From the NCBI GenBank assembly GCA_963849985.1, contig CAWKJY010000029.1, positions 140,114-204,113 of the forward strand: DNA of 64,000 nucleotides. Reading direction: 5' to 3'. This document shows, in pieces, positions 55,468-64,000 of the stretch (position 1 is the first letter of the stretch; each line of letters opens with the position of its first letter). A program made the translations under genes and the position numbers. The notes under the pieces were generated by a model, which was not told where the DNA came from, did not search any database, and saw only the letters and a program-made list of their open reading frames with translations. This DNA comes from an uncultured Prolixibacteraceae bacterium. GTDB taxonomy: Bacteria; Bacteroidota; Bacteroidia; Bacteroidales; Prolixibacteraceae.

Positions 55468-56022
55468 ATGGAATTGGAAAAATTAAAATCAGATTGGAAG
55501 AATGCAGGCACCGGTAAAAAAAGTCAAAACGAAATATTGTTAATGGCAAAAATAAAAAATCACCCAAAAGTTAAACAAATAAGGATTAGATTTCTAATTG
55601 AAACCATTTTTATAATTGCCTTTTTAGCACTTTATTACGATGGTTTTGATGGTGCCACTAAGCCGATTTGGGTAAATATTTTTTTGATTGGTTCAACTGT
55701 GGCATATATCCTTAATCGTTTTATCGGATGGCTTGTTTTAAGAAACCCGATTGAAGAAAACAATCTAACGCAATCCCTGAAAATATTCCGTAACAATCTT
55801 CAGCGAATTTTCTTTTTTACTTTGATAACATCATTTTTATTCGGTTCGTCTATTATTTTATTTTTTTCAGTAGCAATCGATTTCACTAAAGGTAAATATG
55901 TGATGTTGGCTGGAATGATCGTTTTTTTAGTACTGTTGATTTTTGTATCAGCTAGAAACTGGCTTAAAAAAGTAAGAAGTATTGAAAGAACGCTTGAAGA
56001 ATTTAGGGAACCTTCAAATTAA
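55468..56022 (+). CDS. Membrane protein, candidate anti-sigma factor
   Basis: MELEKLKSDW N-terminus followed by about 4 TMs, directly after the ECF sigma. Confidence 0.65.
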   Translation: MELEKLKSDWKNAGTGKKSQNEILLMAKIKNHPKVKQIRIRFLIETIFIIAFLALYYDGFDGATKPIWVNIFLIGSTVAYILNRFIGWLVLRNPIEENNLTQSLKIFRNNLQRIFFFTLITSFLFGSSIILFFSVAIDFTKGKYVMLAGMIVFLVLLIFVSARNWLKKVRSIERTLEEFREPSN

Positions 56023-56256
56023 TAACTTAAAGCGAAAAGGGAAAAAACAATTTATTATTACCACGAAAAGTAAATCTAAATAATCAGTTAAGCTACACAC
56101 AGCACAAATAACGACCGTAATTCTAAACACTTTCTACCAGATTTATTATGTTTTAATAATCGTAATATGTTCCGTTATGTTACTCAATAATTAGCTGAAA
56201 TTTTCAGCAGTAAAACAAATTATCAGTAATTTCACTGAAATTTTAATATTCTAACC

Positions 56257-57924
56257 ATGCGAACTAAACTTATTCTTTCCCTGTTACTGATCGCTTCATT
56301 CTTCTATAATAAAGCACAAAATTCACCGGTACAACTCGATATAAATGCAAAGGAAATCGTTGGAGAAATGCTTCCCATTTATTCATTCTTTGGTTGCGAC
56401 GAACCAAATTATACTTATCGTGATAACGGGAAAAAGCTGCTTGGTGAAATTGCAGATATGAGCCCTGTTCCGGCATATTTTCGTACGCACAATTTACTTA
56501 CAACAAAAGAAGGTGAGCCTGACCTGAAATGGGGATTTACCAATGTTTATACGGAAGATAAAAACGGGAATCCGGTTTACGACTGGACGATATTGGATAA
56601 GATACTGGGCGCCCAGGTTGAAAATGGATTGCGCCCACTGGTTGAATTGGGATTTATGCCAAAAGCTTTGTCAACCCATCCTGAACCATATAAACACGAA
56701 TGGAGCACTAATGGCCCGCTTTGGACTGGCTGGACATATCCTCCAAAAGATTATAAAAAATGGGCTGAACTCATTTATCAGCTCGTATTGCATGAAAAGA
56801 AAGTTTATGGCGAAGAGGCGATCAAAACATGGCTTTGGGAAGTTTGGAACGAGCCGGATATCGGTTACTGGTCGGGGACATTTGATGAATATTGCAAATT
56901 GTATGATTATGCTGCAGATGCAGTAAAACGGGCTTGTCCTGAATGTACAATTGGCGGGCCGCACACAACCAGCCCACGAGGCAGGAGCGGAAGTACCTTC
57001 CTTCGTAACTTTCTTGAACACTGTTTGAACGGGACCAATTATGTAACCGGGAAAAAAGGTTCACCGTTGGATTACATTGGGTTTCATGCAAAAGGGAATC
57101 CTGTAATGGTTGATGATCATATCCGCATGAATATGGGTGTTCAGTTACAGGATATTGCCGAAGGTTTTAAAATCGTAAAAAGTTTTCCTGAGTTGGCCAA
57201 CCTTCCAATCATCATCGGCGAGTGCGACCCGGAAGGATGTGCTGCATGCTCATGGAAGCGCGATCCCAAATACGGTTACCGAAACGGAACAGTTTATCCA
57301 AGTTACACTGCCTCATCGTTTGCCAAGATTTATGAATTAATGGATGATTATAAAGTTAATTTAAAAGGCGCGCTTACCTGGGCGTTTGAATTTGAAGACC
57401 AGGAATGGTTTGCGGGATTTCGCGAACTGGCATCAAACGGAGTGGATAAACCGGTAATGAATGTATTCAGAATGTTTGGAATGATGCACGGTGAGCGGGT
57501 AAAAGTAAGTGGAAATCCATATCCGGCACAAAAAGTAATTGATGAAGGAATCCGGCAACGACCAGACATAAATGCTATGGCATGTGTTGACAAAAACCAG
57601 ATGACAATACTCGTTTGGAATTATTTCGATGATGATATTTTAGGGGAAGTCGATGATGTTGAACTGGACATTCAAAATATTCCCAACGGGCCTGTATTAA
57701 TGCAACATTACCGTGTGGATCAGGAGTTCAGTAATTCTTACACAATGTGGCAAAAAATAGGAGCACCCCAACAACCCACTGACGAGGAATTTTGCGAGGT
57801 TGAGGATGCAGGCCAGTTAAAGTTGCTTACTTCGCCAATGTGGATCACAGCAAATAAAAGCGTGACAAAAATTAAGTTTTCTATCCCCCGCCAGGGAGTT
57901 TCGCTTATTAAACTGGAATGGTAG
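56257..57924 (+). CDS. GH39 family glycoside hydrolase (beta-xylosidase-like)
   Basis: Signal peptide, RTHNLL, VELGFMP, EVWNEPD (acid/base), IGGP, IIIGECD (nucleophile). Confidence 0.9.
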   Translation: MRTKLILSLLLIASFFYNKAQNSPVQLDINAKEIVGEMLPIYSFFGCDEPNYTYRDNGKKLLGEIADMSPVPAYFRTHNLLTTKEGEPDLKWGFTNVYTEDKNGNPVYDWTILDKILGAQVENGLRPLVELGFMPKALSTHPEPYKHEWSTNGPLWTGWTYPPKDYKKWAELIYQLVLHEKKVYGEEAIKTWLWEVWNEPDIGYWSGTFDEYCKLYDYAADAVKRACPECTIGGPHTTSPRGRSGSTFLRNFLEHCLNGTNYVTGKKGSPLDYIGFHAKGNPVMVDDHIRMNMGVQLQDIAEGFKIVKSFPELANLPIIIGECDPEGCAACSWKRDPKYGYRNGTVYPSYTASSFAKIYELMDDYKVNLKGALTWAFEFEDQEWFAGFRELASNGVDKPVMNVFRMFGMMHGERVKVSGNPYPAQKVIDEGIRQRPDINAMACVDKNQMTILVWNYFDDDILGEVDDVELDIQNIPNGPVLMQHYRVDQEFSNSYTMWQKIGAPQQPTDEEFCEVEDAGQLKLLTSPMWITANKSVTKIKFSIPRQGVSLIKLEW

Positions 57925-57964
57925 GTTTGTTTACTTGAAATACGGTAAAGTATTTTCTGAAACG

Positions 57965-59332
57965 TTACATCGCCATATTACTGTCCTGTTTTTCCCCTCC
58001 CCTGTCTAAATCCACGCCGTCTTTCCGGAGCAAATCCTGAATTTGCCTGACATCGATTTCCCGCGGCATTTTCCTGTTTTTAGAAGAAAGGGCGGCAGCA
58101 ATTCCCGCTGCATGGCCTGTGGCGAAACAATTCCCCATGCTTTTTCCCGCCGAGGCTCCTTCATGGGTAGCGGAAATACACCGGCCTGCTGCCAGCAAAC
58201 CGTCAATTTTGTTTGGTAAAATGGAACGATACGGAACATCGTGAATTTTCATCTCCGATACTTTCACAAACCCTACATCCAGATAACCGCCCCTCCACGC
58301 GACCACATCATCAAATTTGCTTCCGTTAATGGCATCTTCTTCTGTAAGGATATAACCTCCTTCAATTCTCCTGGATTCACGGACCCCGATTTGAGTTCCC
58401 ACACCAACAATCTCCGATTCTTTTACACTACCCTGGCCAAATTCCCGCATGGCAGCGTTCATCTGCACAACCTGGCGACGACTCTGGCATTCAGCTTTCG
58501 AAAATTGCATCGGATCGGTAATATCAAAATTTCCAAAATCGCGCGTTCCTGAATGATTAATGTAATAATGATGGGAGTTCGACACCTGCATTAATATCCA
58601 GTCTCCCCAACTGTCGGGGATTAACGGGTATTTCGATTTTGCTTTTTCAAGCACGCCCTGCATGTCCCTGCGGGAGTGGTTGCTGATATTGCCCACATTA
58701 AGAAGTAAGGTCTGGGGCGAAAGATTTCCGGTTTCTATCATTGTTGGAGCACCGGCAAAATAAGAAATATCAGCATCCCCGGTACAATCAACCACAACAT
58801 CCGCTTCAATATCTGTCAGGCCCGATTTTGTTGCAATAACAACTCCTTTAACTATATTTCGTTTGGTAATGGTATCCACCGCTTTGGCATGTACAAGATA
58901 TTTACATCCTACTTCATCCAAAGCATCCATAATGGCAACTTTCAGGTAATCCACGTTGGTAAAAAACTGGTGCGTACTTACTCTTACCGCCTGGTCACCA
59001 TAACTTTGCAATTTCTGAAGCAGCGATTCGTGAACATATCCCCGTGGTTTACTTCCGGGCCTCATCTGGTTCATACACATGCCGACACTCCATGAAGCAA
59101 CTCCTCCCATAAAACCATAATTTTCAATTAATAAGGTATCGATGCCTGCTTTGGCAGAGCCAATTGCAGCGCCAATTCCGGCGGGTCCGCCGCCTACTAC
59201 AAGCACCTTTGTTTTGATGGTTTGAGTTCTCTTTTTCCTGATAATTCCAGGTTGGGCCGGAGCGCTTTTAAATGCACTGCCTAATCCCAAAACAGACAAT
59301 CCAGACGCGGCAATAAATTTTCTACGATGCAT
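57965..59332 (-). CDS. FAD-dependent oxidoreductase (PF12831-like) with Tat signal
   Basis: MHRRKFIAASG twin-arginine leader, VVGGGPAGIGAA, DCTGDAD, GVRESRRI, AGRCIS. Confidence 0.85.
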   Translation of the reverse strand: MHRRKFIAASGLSVLGLGSAFKSAPAQPGIIRKKRTQTIKTKVLVVGGGPAGIGAAIGSAKAGIDTLLIENYGFMGGVASWSVGMCMNQMRPGSKPRGYVHESLLQKLQSYGDQAVRVSTHQFFTNVDYLKVAIMDALDEVGCKYLVHAKAVDTITKRNIVKGVVIATKSGLTDIEADVVVDCTGDADISYFAGAPTMIETGNLSPQTLLLNVGNISNHSRRDMQGVLEKAKSKYPLIPDSWGDWILMQVSNSHHYYINHSGTRDFGNFDITDPMQFSKAECQSRRQVVQMNAAMREFGQGSVKESEIVGVGTQIGVRESRRIEGGYILTEEDAINGSKFDDVVAWRGGYLDVGFVKVSEMKIHDVPYRSILPNKIDGLLAAGRCISATHEGASAGKSMGNCFATGHAAGIAAALSSKNRKMPREIDVRQIQDLLRKDGVDLDRGGEKQDSNMAM

Positions 59333-59566
59333 GATAAAATTGTTAGTTGGTTTATTAAAGTTTTTAATTCCGGTTATTTTTGTTCAGTGAAGTTATAAAT
59401 CTTATTTAATTTCTGCCAAATGAGTTTGAAAATCAGCAAAGAAATTAAAAGCTAATTTTTTATTTTTACGGATTACATTAAATTTATGCACCTTTGAAAA
59501 TAAGGCTTGTGTCAAAAGTCTTTAAACAATATCGTTTTCTGATTACAAAGATTAAATATCAAAATC

Positions 59567-61547
59567 ATGAAAAATCAAGTTAGCAAATTCAGGTGGGTTC
59601 TTATCGTTGTTTTGCTTGGGATATTTGCCCCGTTTATCTTTTCCTTTACTGAGAAAACAGAGGAAGAAACGCCCGGAGTAGCCGTTTTGTTGGTTGATAC
59701 TGACCGGTCGATGGGAAAAATCAGCAAAAACATTTACGGCCAGTTTCTGGAACACATTAACCACTCAGTTGTTGACGGGTTATATGCAGAACAGGTTCGC
59801 GGACAGGGTTTTGAAGGAAGAGATTTCAATAATTACTGGAAATCATTTGCAGAAAACGGGAATGTAACCCTTGAGAATATAGATTTCAAAAATGGCGAAA
59901 AGAGTACGCGCATTGAAGTAAACAACGGGACCGCAGGAATTCGGCAAGACAGGTTTTATCTTGAAAAAGGGCACGAATACAACGGTTCGGTTTGGCTAAA
60001 ACCAGTGCAAAAAACCGTTTCTGTTTCATTAATTGTAAAAGATGCTGAAGGCAACACTATTGCTGAAAAAGCACTAAAAACTTCAGGCAGCGAATGGCAG
60101 GAAATCCGCTACTCTTTTACGGCTGACAAAACCGATACTCAGGCTTACATTGAGATTTCAGTAACCGGCAACGGCGCTGTTTTGGTTGATTTTATTTCAT
60201 TGATGCGTGCAGATGTTCGTGCAAACGGAAAGTTTCGTCCCGATTTATTTAAGGCGCTCGATGATTTGAAACCGGCATTTATCCGCTGGCCGGGTGGTTC
60301 TTATGCATCTATTTATAAGTGGAAAGACGGAATCGGACCGCAGGTTTCCAGGAAATATCATCCAAACGAAATTTGGGGTGGTTATTCCGATTATTACGGG
60401 TTTGGTACTGAAGAATATATGGAGCTTTGTCAAAAACTGGGCGCCGATCCTTTGGTAGTGCTTCCGGCTGTAACTACAAATCCCGAAGATGTGGAATACG
60501 CCATCGACTGGGTACATTACCTGCTTGACCCGGCCACTACGGAATGGGGACAAAAACGTGCTGCAAACGGGCATCCGGAACCTTATAACGTTCCTTACAT
60601 TCAAATTGATAACGAACCGATGAACCACGAACTTTCGCCCGACCAGTACGCTGAAATTGTAAATGTTTACGGGAGCCGGATACGCAAAATTGCCCCGGAA
60701 GTAAAAATTATTGCCTGTGGGCAAAAACGTTCAAACGATATGAACTGGAGCGAAAAGCTTGTGGATATTGCCGGTGATAATTTCGATATTTTGGGTTGTC
60801 ACAATTATGAATATGAACCCGACAAATACCAAACCGGCGTGCGAAGAATTGAAGAGTACCTGGTTAAGCTGAGAAATTACATCTTAAAATCCGGTCATCC
60901 CGATATTAAAATTGCCATTTTGGAGTGGAACCTCAGCAGAACTTACGACTGGCGTGCCGGAATGCATGCTGCCGGAAGTTTAATCAGTTATGAAAAACTG
61001 GGGCCTGAACTGGAATTTAGCTGTCCGGCGCTGCTGATGCGAAATACCAGCGACGATCCAACCTGGACGGCGTGGATTTACCACGATCATGTTTCATGGT
61101 TTCCGGGTGGTGGCTATATTGTTGAGAAATTGTTCCGCGAACATTTTGCCGAAATCCAGTATGCAACTACTTCCGGTACATTTCGGGAGGTGGAAGATCC
61201 ATTTAAAAACTTTATTGATGGTATTTCGCAGTTTAAACCCGAAGACTGGCGCCCCGGCACCGTTGATGCCATTGCAACCGGAAGCGCCGATGGAAAAAGG
61301 ATTGTTATCAAAGCGGTGAATTATGAAGGCATTAATAACACGCTGATTACACGAATTCAGGGTTCAAAAGTGCCAGAAAATGCCACAGTAAAAATTTATA
61401 CGGTTAAAGCTGATAGAGAGGAAAAAGCCTCACTAAAAGACGCCGGACAAAATAAAACCGGCAGAGTCAACAATACCTTACACAAAAGACATGAAAATAG
61501 AACTGGCGCCTTATTCGGTTATGATTGTGGAAATTATGGCCAATTAG
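59567..61547 (+). CDS. GH51-like glycoside hydrolase with carbohydrate-binding-like insertion; +1 indel near 61450 (true stop probably 61545-61547)
   Basis: IYGQFLEH, IRWPGG, IDNEP, ILEWN. The corrected C-terminus reads IKPAESTIPYTKDMKIELAPYSVMIVEIMAN*. Confidence 0.82.
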
Positions 61548-61835
61548 ATGATTTTTTAGCCGGATTTTTTAAATTTGTTATCGGAAGCCCAGTGACACTC
61601 AGAAAGAACCGCAGCGATGGACGCCACCCCAGGATTTCAGAAATATAGTGTATATTAAACAAATAATGAAAGGTTCTTTTTACAATACAATTTTATTGGA
61701 AATAACACCTTTTGTTATTCATATAGAAAAAATAATAGGAATAAAAGTTTTATTACACATACGTTGGCATTAATACGGAACGAATTTTGATATTTCAATA
61801 AAATGTATTTACTTTGTAATAACATTTAAGAAATT

Positions 61836-62081
61836 ATGGAAACATCAATAATCAAAATCGGAAATTCAAAAGGGCTTCGTTTGAGCAAGACCATTTTGGA
61901 AAAATATAACATCAAGGACAAAGTGGAACTTATTCTTGAAAAAGGACAAATAATCCTCAAACCAATTGCTCTACCGAGAAAAAATTGGGAAAAGGAATTT
62001 AAAAAAATGAGTGAAAACGGAGACGACAAGTTGCTTATGAACGATGTTTTCGAGGACGAAAATCTTGAGGAATGGATTTAA
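61836..62081 (+). CDS. AbrB/MazE/SpoVT-type antitoxin
   Basis: IIKIGNSKGLRLSK N-terminal motif, acidic C-terminus; overlaps the toxin start. Confidence 0.92.
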   Translation: METSIIKIGNSKGLRLSKTILEKYNIKDKVELILEKGQIILKPIALPRKNWEKEFKKMSENGDDKLLMNDVFEDENLEEWI

Positions 62082-62395
62082 AACAATACTCAATTGTTCT
62101 TGTCAATCTTGACCCGACCATTGGAAGCGAAATAAAAAAGACTAGACCTTGTGTAATCATTTCACCAAATGAAATGAACAAGTATCTGAACACGATAGTT
62201 CTTGCTCCAATGACAACTAATCTAAAAAAATACCCAACTAGAGTTTCGGTCAAACACAACGGGAAAAAAGGAATGGTTGCAATTGACCAAATTCGGACAG
62301 TTGACAAAACCAGAATAATCCGAGTTTTTGAAAACCTAACCGAAACGGAAATTGGAAAATGCAAAGAAGTAATAAAAGAAACCTTTGTTGACTAA
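62072..62395 (+). CDS. PemK/MazF family endoribonuclease toxin
   Basis: VNLDPTIGSEIKKTRPCVIISP, APMTT, DQIRTVDKTR. Confidence 0.93.
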   Translation: MDLKQYSIVLVNLDPTIGSEIKKTRPCVIISPNEMNKYLNTIVLAPMTTNLKKYPTRVSVKHNGKKGMVAIDQIRTVDKTRIIRVFENLTETEIGKCKEVIKETFVD

Positions 62396-62407
62396 AAAAA
62401 CAAGTAC

Positions 62408-62543
62408 TAATGCCAACAATGGCTATAAGTAATTGCTTGTTCTCGCCTACTTCTGAAAATCCTAGCGGATTTTCAGTTCGGTGTGTACTTGCAAAGTTAA
62501 GTGATAACCCACGCAACTACTCATAGCCGAGACCGTTAGCTGC
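62408..62543 (+). other. attC-like recombination site
   Basis: GCCAAC...GGCTATAAGTAATTGC (62421-62436) / GCAACTACTCATAGCC (62513-62528)...GTTAGC, with an internal hairpin CTGAAAATCC-TAGC-GGATTTTCAG (62453-62476). Confidence 0.65.
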
Positions 62544-62929
62544 ATGGCAAAACCCCTAGTCCTCATTCTAAAAGGACTTCAGACGTACAAGCAAGAGTTG
62601 AATCCTTTGTAAACACGTTCCGCAAAATTCAATATCAGTCTGAAATCCATAATGCGGAAAGAGTCTGCAAAGATAAAACTCAGAGACATCAAGCAAATTT
62701 TAAAGTCACATTTGAAGCTTGAAAACCGGTAACTCCAAATGAATCTTCAGCTTAGTTTGATGGTTTTGTTTAGAACAATGTGTGAATTATGTAATTTTTT
62801 TTGATAATTGTGTAAGACCAGTTTCGAAAATAAATTACAATTTAAGCTGAATTTATTATGTGAAAACTAACGACTAATATCCAGGCTAGTAAACACTATT
62901 CCTGTAAGAGCATGATTCAATAAAATTCA

Positions 62930-64000
62930 ATGAAAAAGGCAGAAGACAAATTTTTCAATAAATATCTTCCCAAGTCTCCGACAGGAATTCAGGGGTTTGA
63001 TGAAATAACCTCCGGTGGATTACCTAAAGGCAGACCCACCCTGGTATGTGGTGGGGCAGGCTGCGGGAAAACACTTTTTGGAATAGAGTTCCTGGTACGC
63101 GGAGCAACTCAGTTTAACGAACCGGGTGTTTTAATGTCATTCGAAGAAACTAATGAGGAATTAATCATAAATGTAACTTCCCTGGGTTTTGATCTTGAAG
63201 ATCTTATTAAAAATAAAAAAATAGCACTTGATCATGTTCATATTGAGCGTAGTGAAATAGAAGAGACCGGTGAATACGATTTAGAGGGATTATTTATACG
63301 ACTTGGTTATGCTATTGATTCAATCGGAGCAAAGCGCGTTGTATTAGATACAATTGAATCACTGTTTGCCGGATTGCCAAACCAACTTATCTTACGTGCC
63401 GAACTACGCCGCTTGTTTCGCTGGTTAAAAGATAAGGGTGTTACTGCAATTATAACAGGTGAGCGTGGAGAAGAAACACTTACCAGGCAAGGTCTGGAAG
63501 AATATGTTTCTGATTGTGTTATTATGCTCGATCACCGGGTAAATGAACAGACGTCTACACGTCGTTTACGTGTTGTTAAGTATCGTGGTTCAATACATGG
63601 TACTAATGAGTATCCGTTTCTTATTGATGAAAATGGAGTTTCGGTGTTACCTGTGACTTCATTAGGATTAAAACATATTGTTTCAAATAAAAGGATATCA
63701 AGTGGAATAAAAAAACTTGATGAAATGCTTGAAGGAAAGGGTTATTACCGCGGTAGTACTATTCTTGTTTCCGGTACTTCGGGGGTAGGAAAAACCAGTA
63801 TATCAGCTCACTTTGCCGAGGCAGCATGTAAACGGGGTGAACGTGTACTGTATTTCTGTTTTGAAGAATCACCAAATCAGTTAATGCGTAATATGCTCTC
63901 TATCGGAATTAAATTGGAACCCTGGGTAAAAAACGGGCTGTTACAAATCCATGCAACCCGTCCGACATTTTACGGTCTGGAAATGCATCTTGCTAAAACG
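62930..64000 (+). CDS. kaiC: Circadian clock ATPase KaiC homolog (partial, runs off the window)
   Basis: Manual translation: PTGIQGFDEITSGGLPKGRPTLVCGGAGCGKT, SFEET, RVVLDTIESLF, EEYVSDCVI.LDHR, KYRGS.HGTNEYPF; second P-loop GTSGVGKT, FEESP. Absent from the ORF track. Confidence 0.93.
   Translation, partial: MKKAEDKFFNKYLPKSPTGIQGFDEITSGGLPKGRPTLVCGGAGCGKTLFGIEFLVRGATQFNEPGVLMSFEETNEELIINVTSLGFDLEDLIKNKKIALDHVHIERSEIEETGEYDLEGLFIRLGYAIDSIGAKRVVLDTIESLFAGLPNQLILRAELRRLFRWLKDKGVTAIITGERGEETLTRQGLEEYVSDCVIMLDHRVNEQTSTRRLRVVKYRGSIHGTNEYPFLIDENGVSVLPVTSLGLKHIVSNKRISSGIKKLDEMLEGKGYYRGSTILVSGTSGVGKTSISAHFAEAACKRGERVLYFCFEESPNQLMRNMLSIGIKLEPWVKNGLLQIHATRPTFYGLEMHLAKT

Larger units (their letters stand above)
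61763..62543 (+). mobile_element. Putative integron-type gene cassette carrying a toxin-antitoxin pair (no integrase in window)
   Basis: 5' core GTTGGCATTA (61763-61772) is the exact reverse complement of TAATGCCAAC (62408-62417), which opens an attC-like fold-back ending at GTTAGC (62535-62540). Confidence 0.7.

Noticed and set aside
56080-56125. GCTACACACAGC after the ECF unit as an eroded attC R'' site
   Set aside because: It lacks the AAC core and a fold-back, and no complementary 5' core precedes the serine hydrolase gene.
61548-61648. C-terminal extension of the 693-aa track ORF
   Set aside because: It arises from the +1 indel near 61450. The corrected frame ends at 61547 with a typical GH51 beta-sandwich terminus.

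Overview
A 64 kb AT-rich bacterial chromosome segment. It is most likely Bacteroidota (Prolixibacteraceae/Marinilabiliales-like; inferred from TAnnTTTG promoters, a T9SS C-terminal domain and gene content). Most of it is housekeeping and accessory genes: tRNA-Lys, an SLC13 permease with cysD and cysNC, blaI/M56, rnpB, queA, ABC-F, ygiQ, yebC, peptidases, GH51 and GH39 glycosidases, rsmE, prmA, a mazEF-type toxin-antitoxin pair and a partial kaiC. About 17 genes are split by single-base indels, most likely sequencing or assembly errors. The strongest unexplained structure is at 61763-62543. There the mazEF pair lies inside what looks like an integron-type gene cassette: a 5' GTTGGCATTA core is the exact reverse complement of the TAATGCCAAC that opens a ~130 bp attC-like fold-back ending in GTTAGC, and no integrase is visible in the window. 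Other leads are a putative membrane-anchored one-component regulator plus lipoprotein next to three TTACAA boxes spaced exactly 11 bp apart, a degenerate APS-kinase domain on CysN, an orphan class I terpene-synthase-fold protein, a Cys-rich stand-alone PAS protein, and kaiC. Family names come from motif recognition by eye, not database searches.
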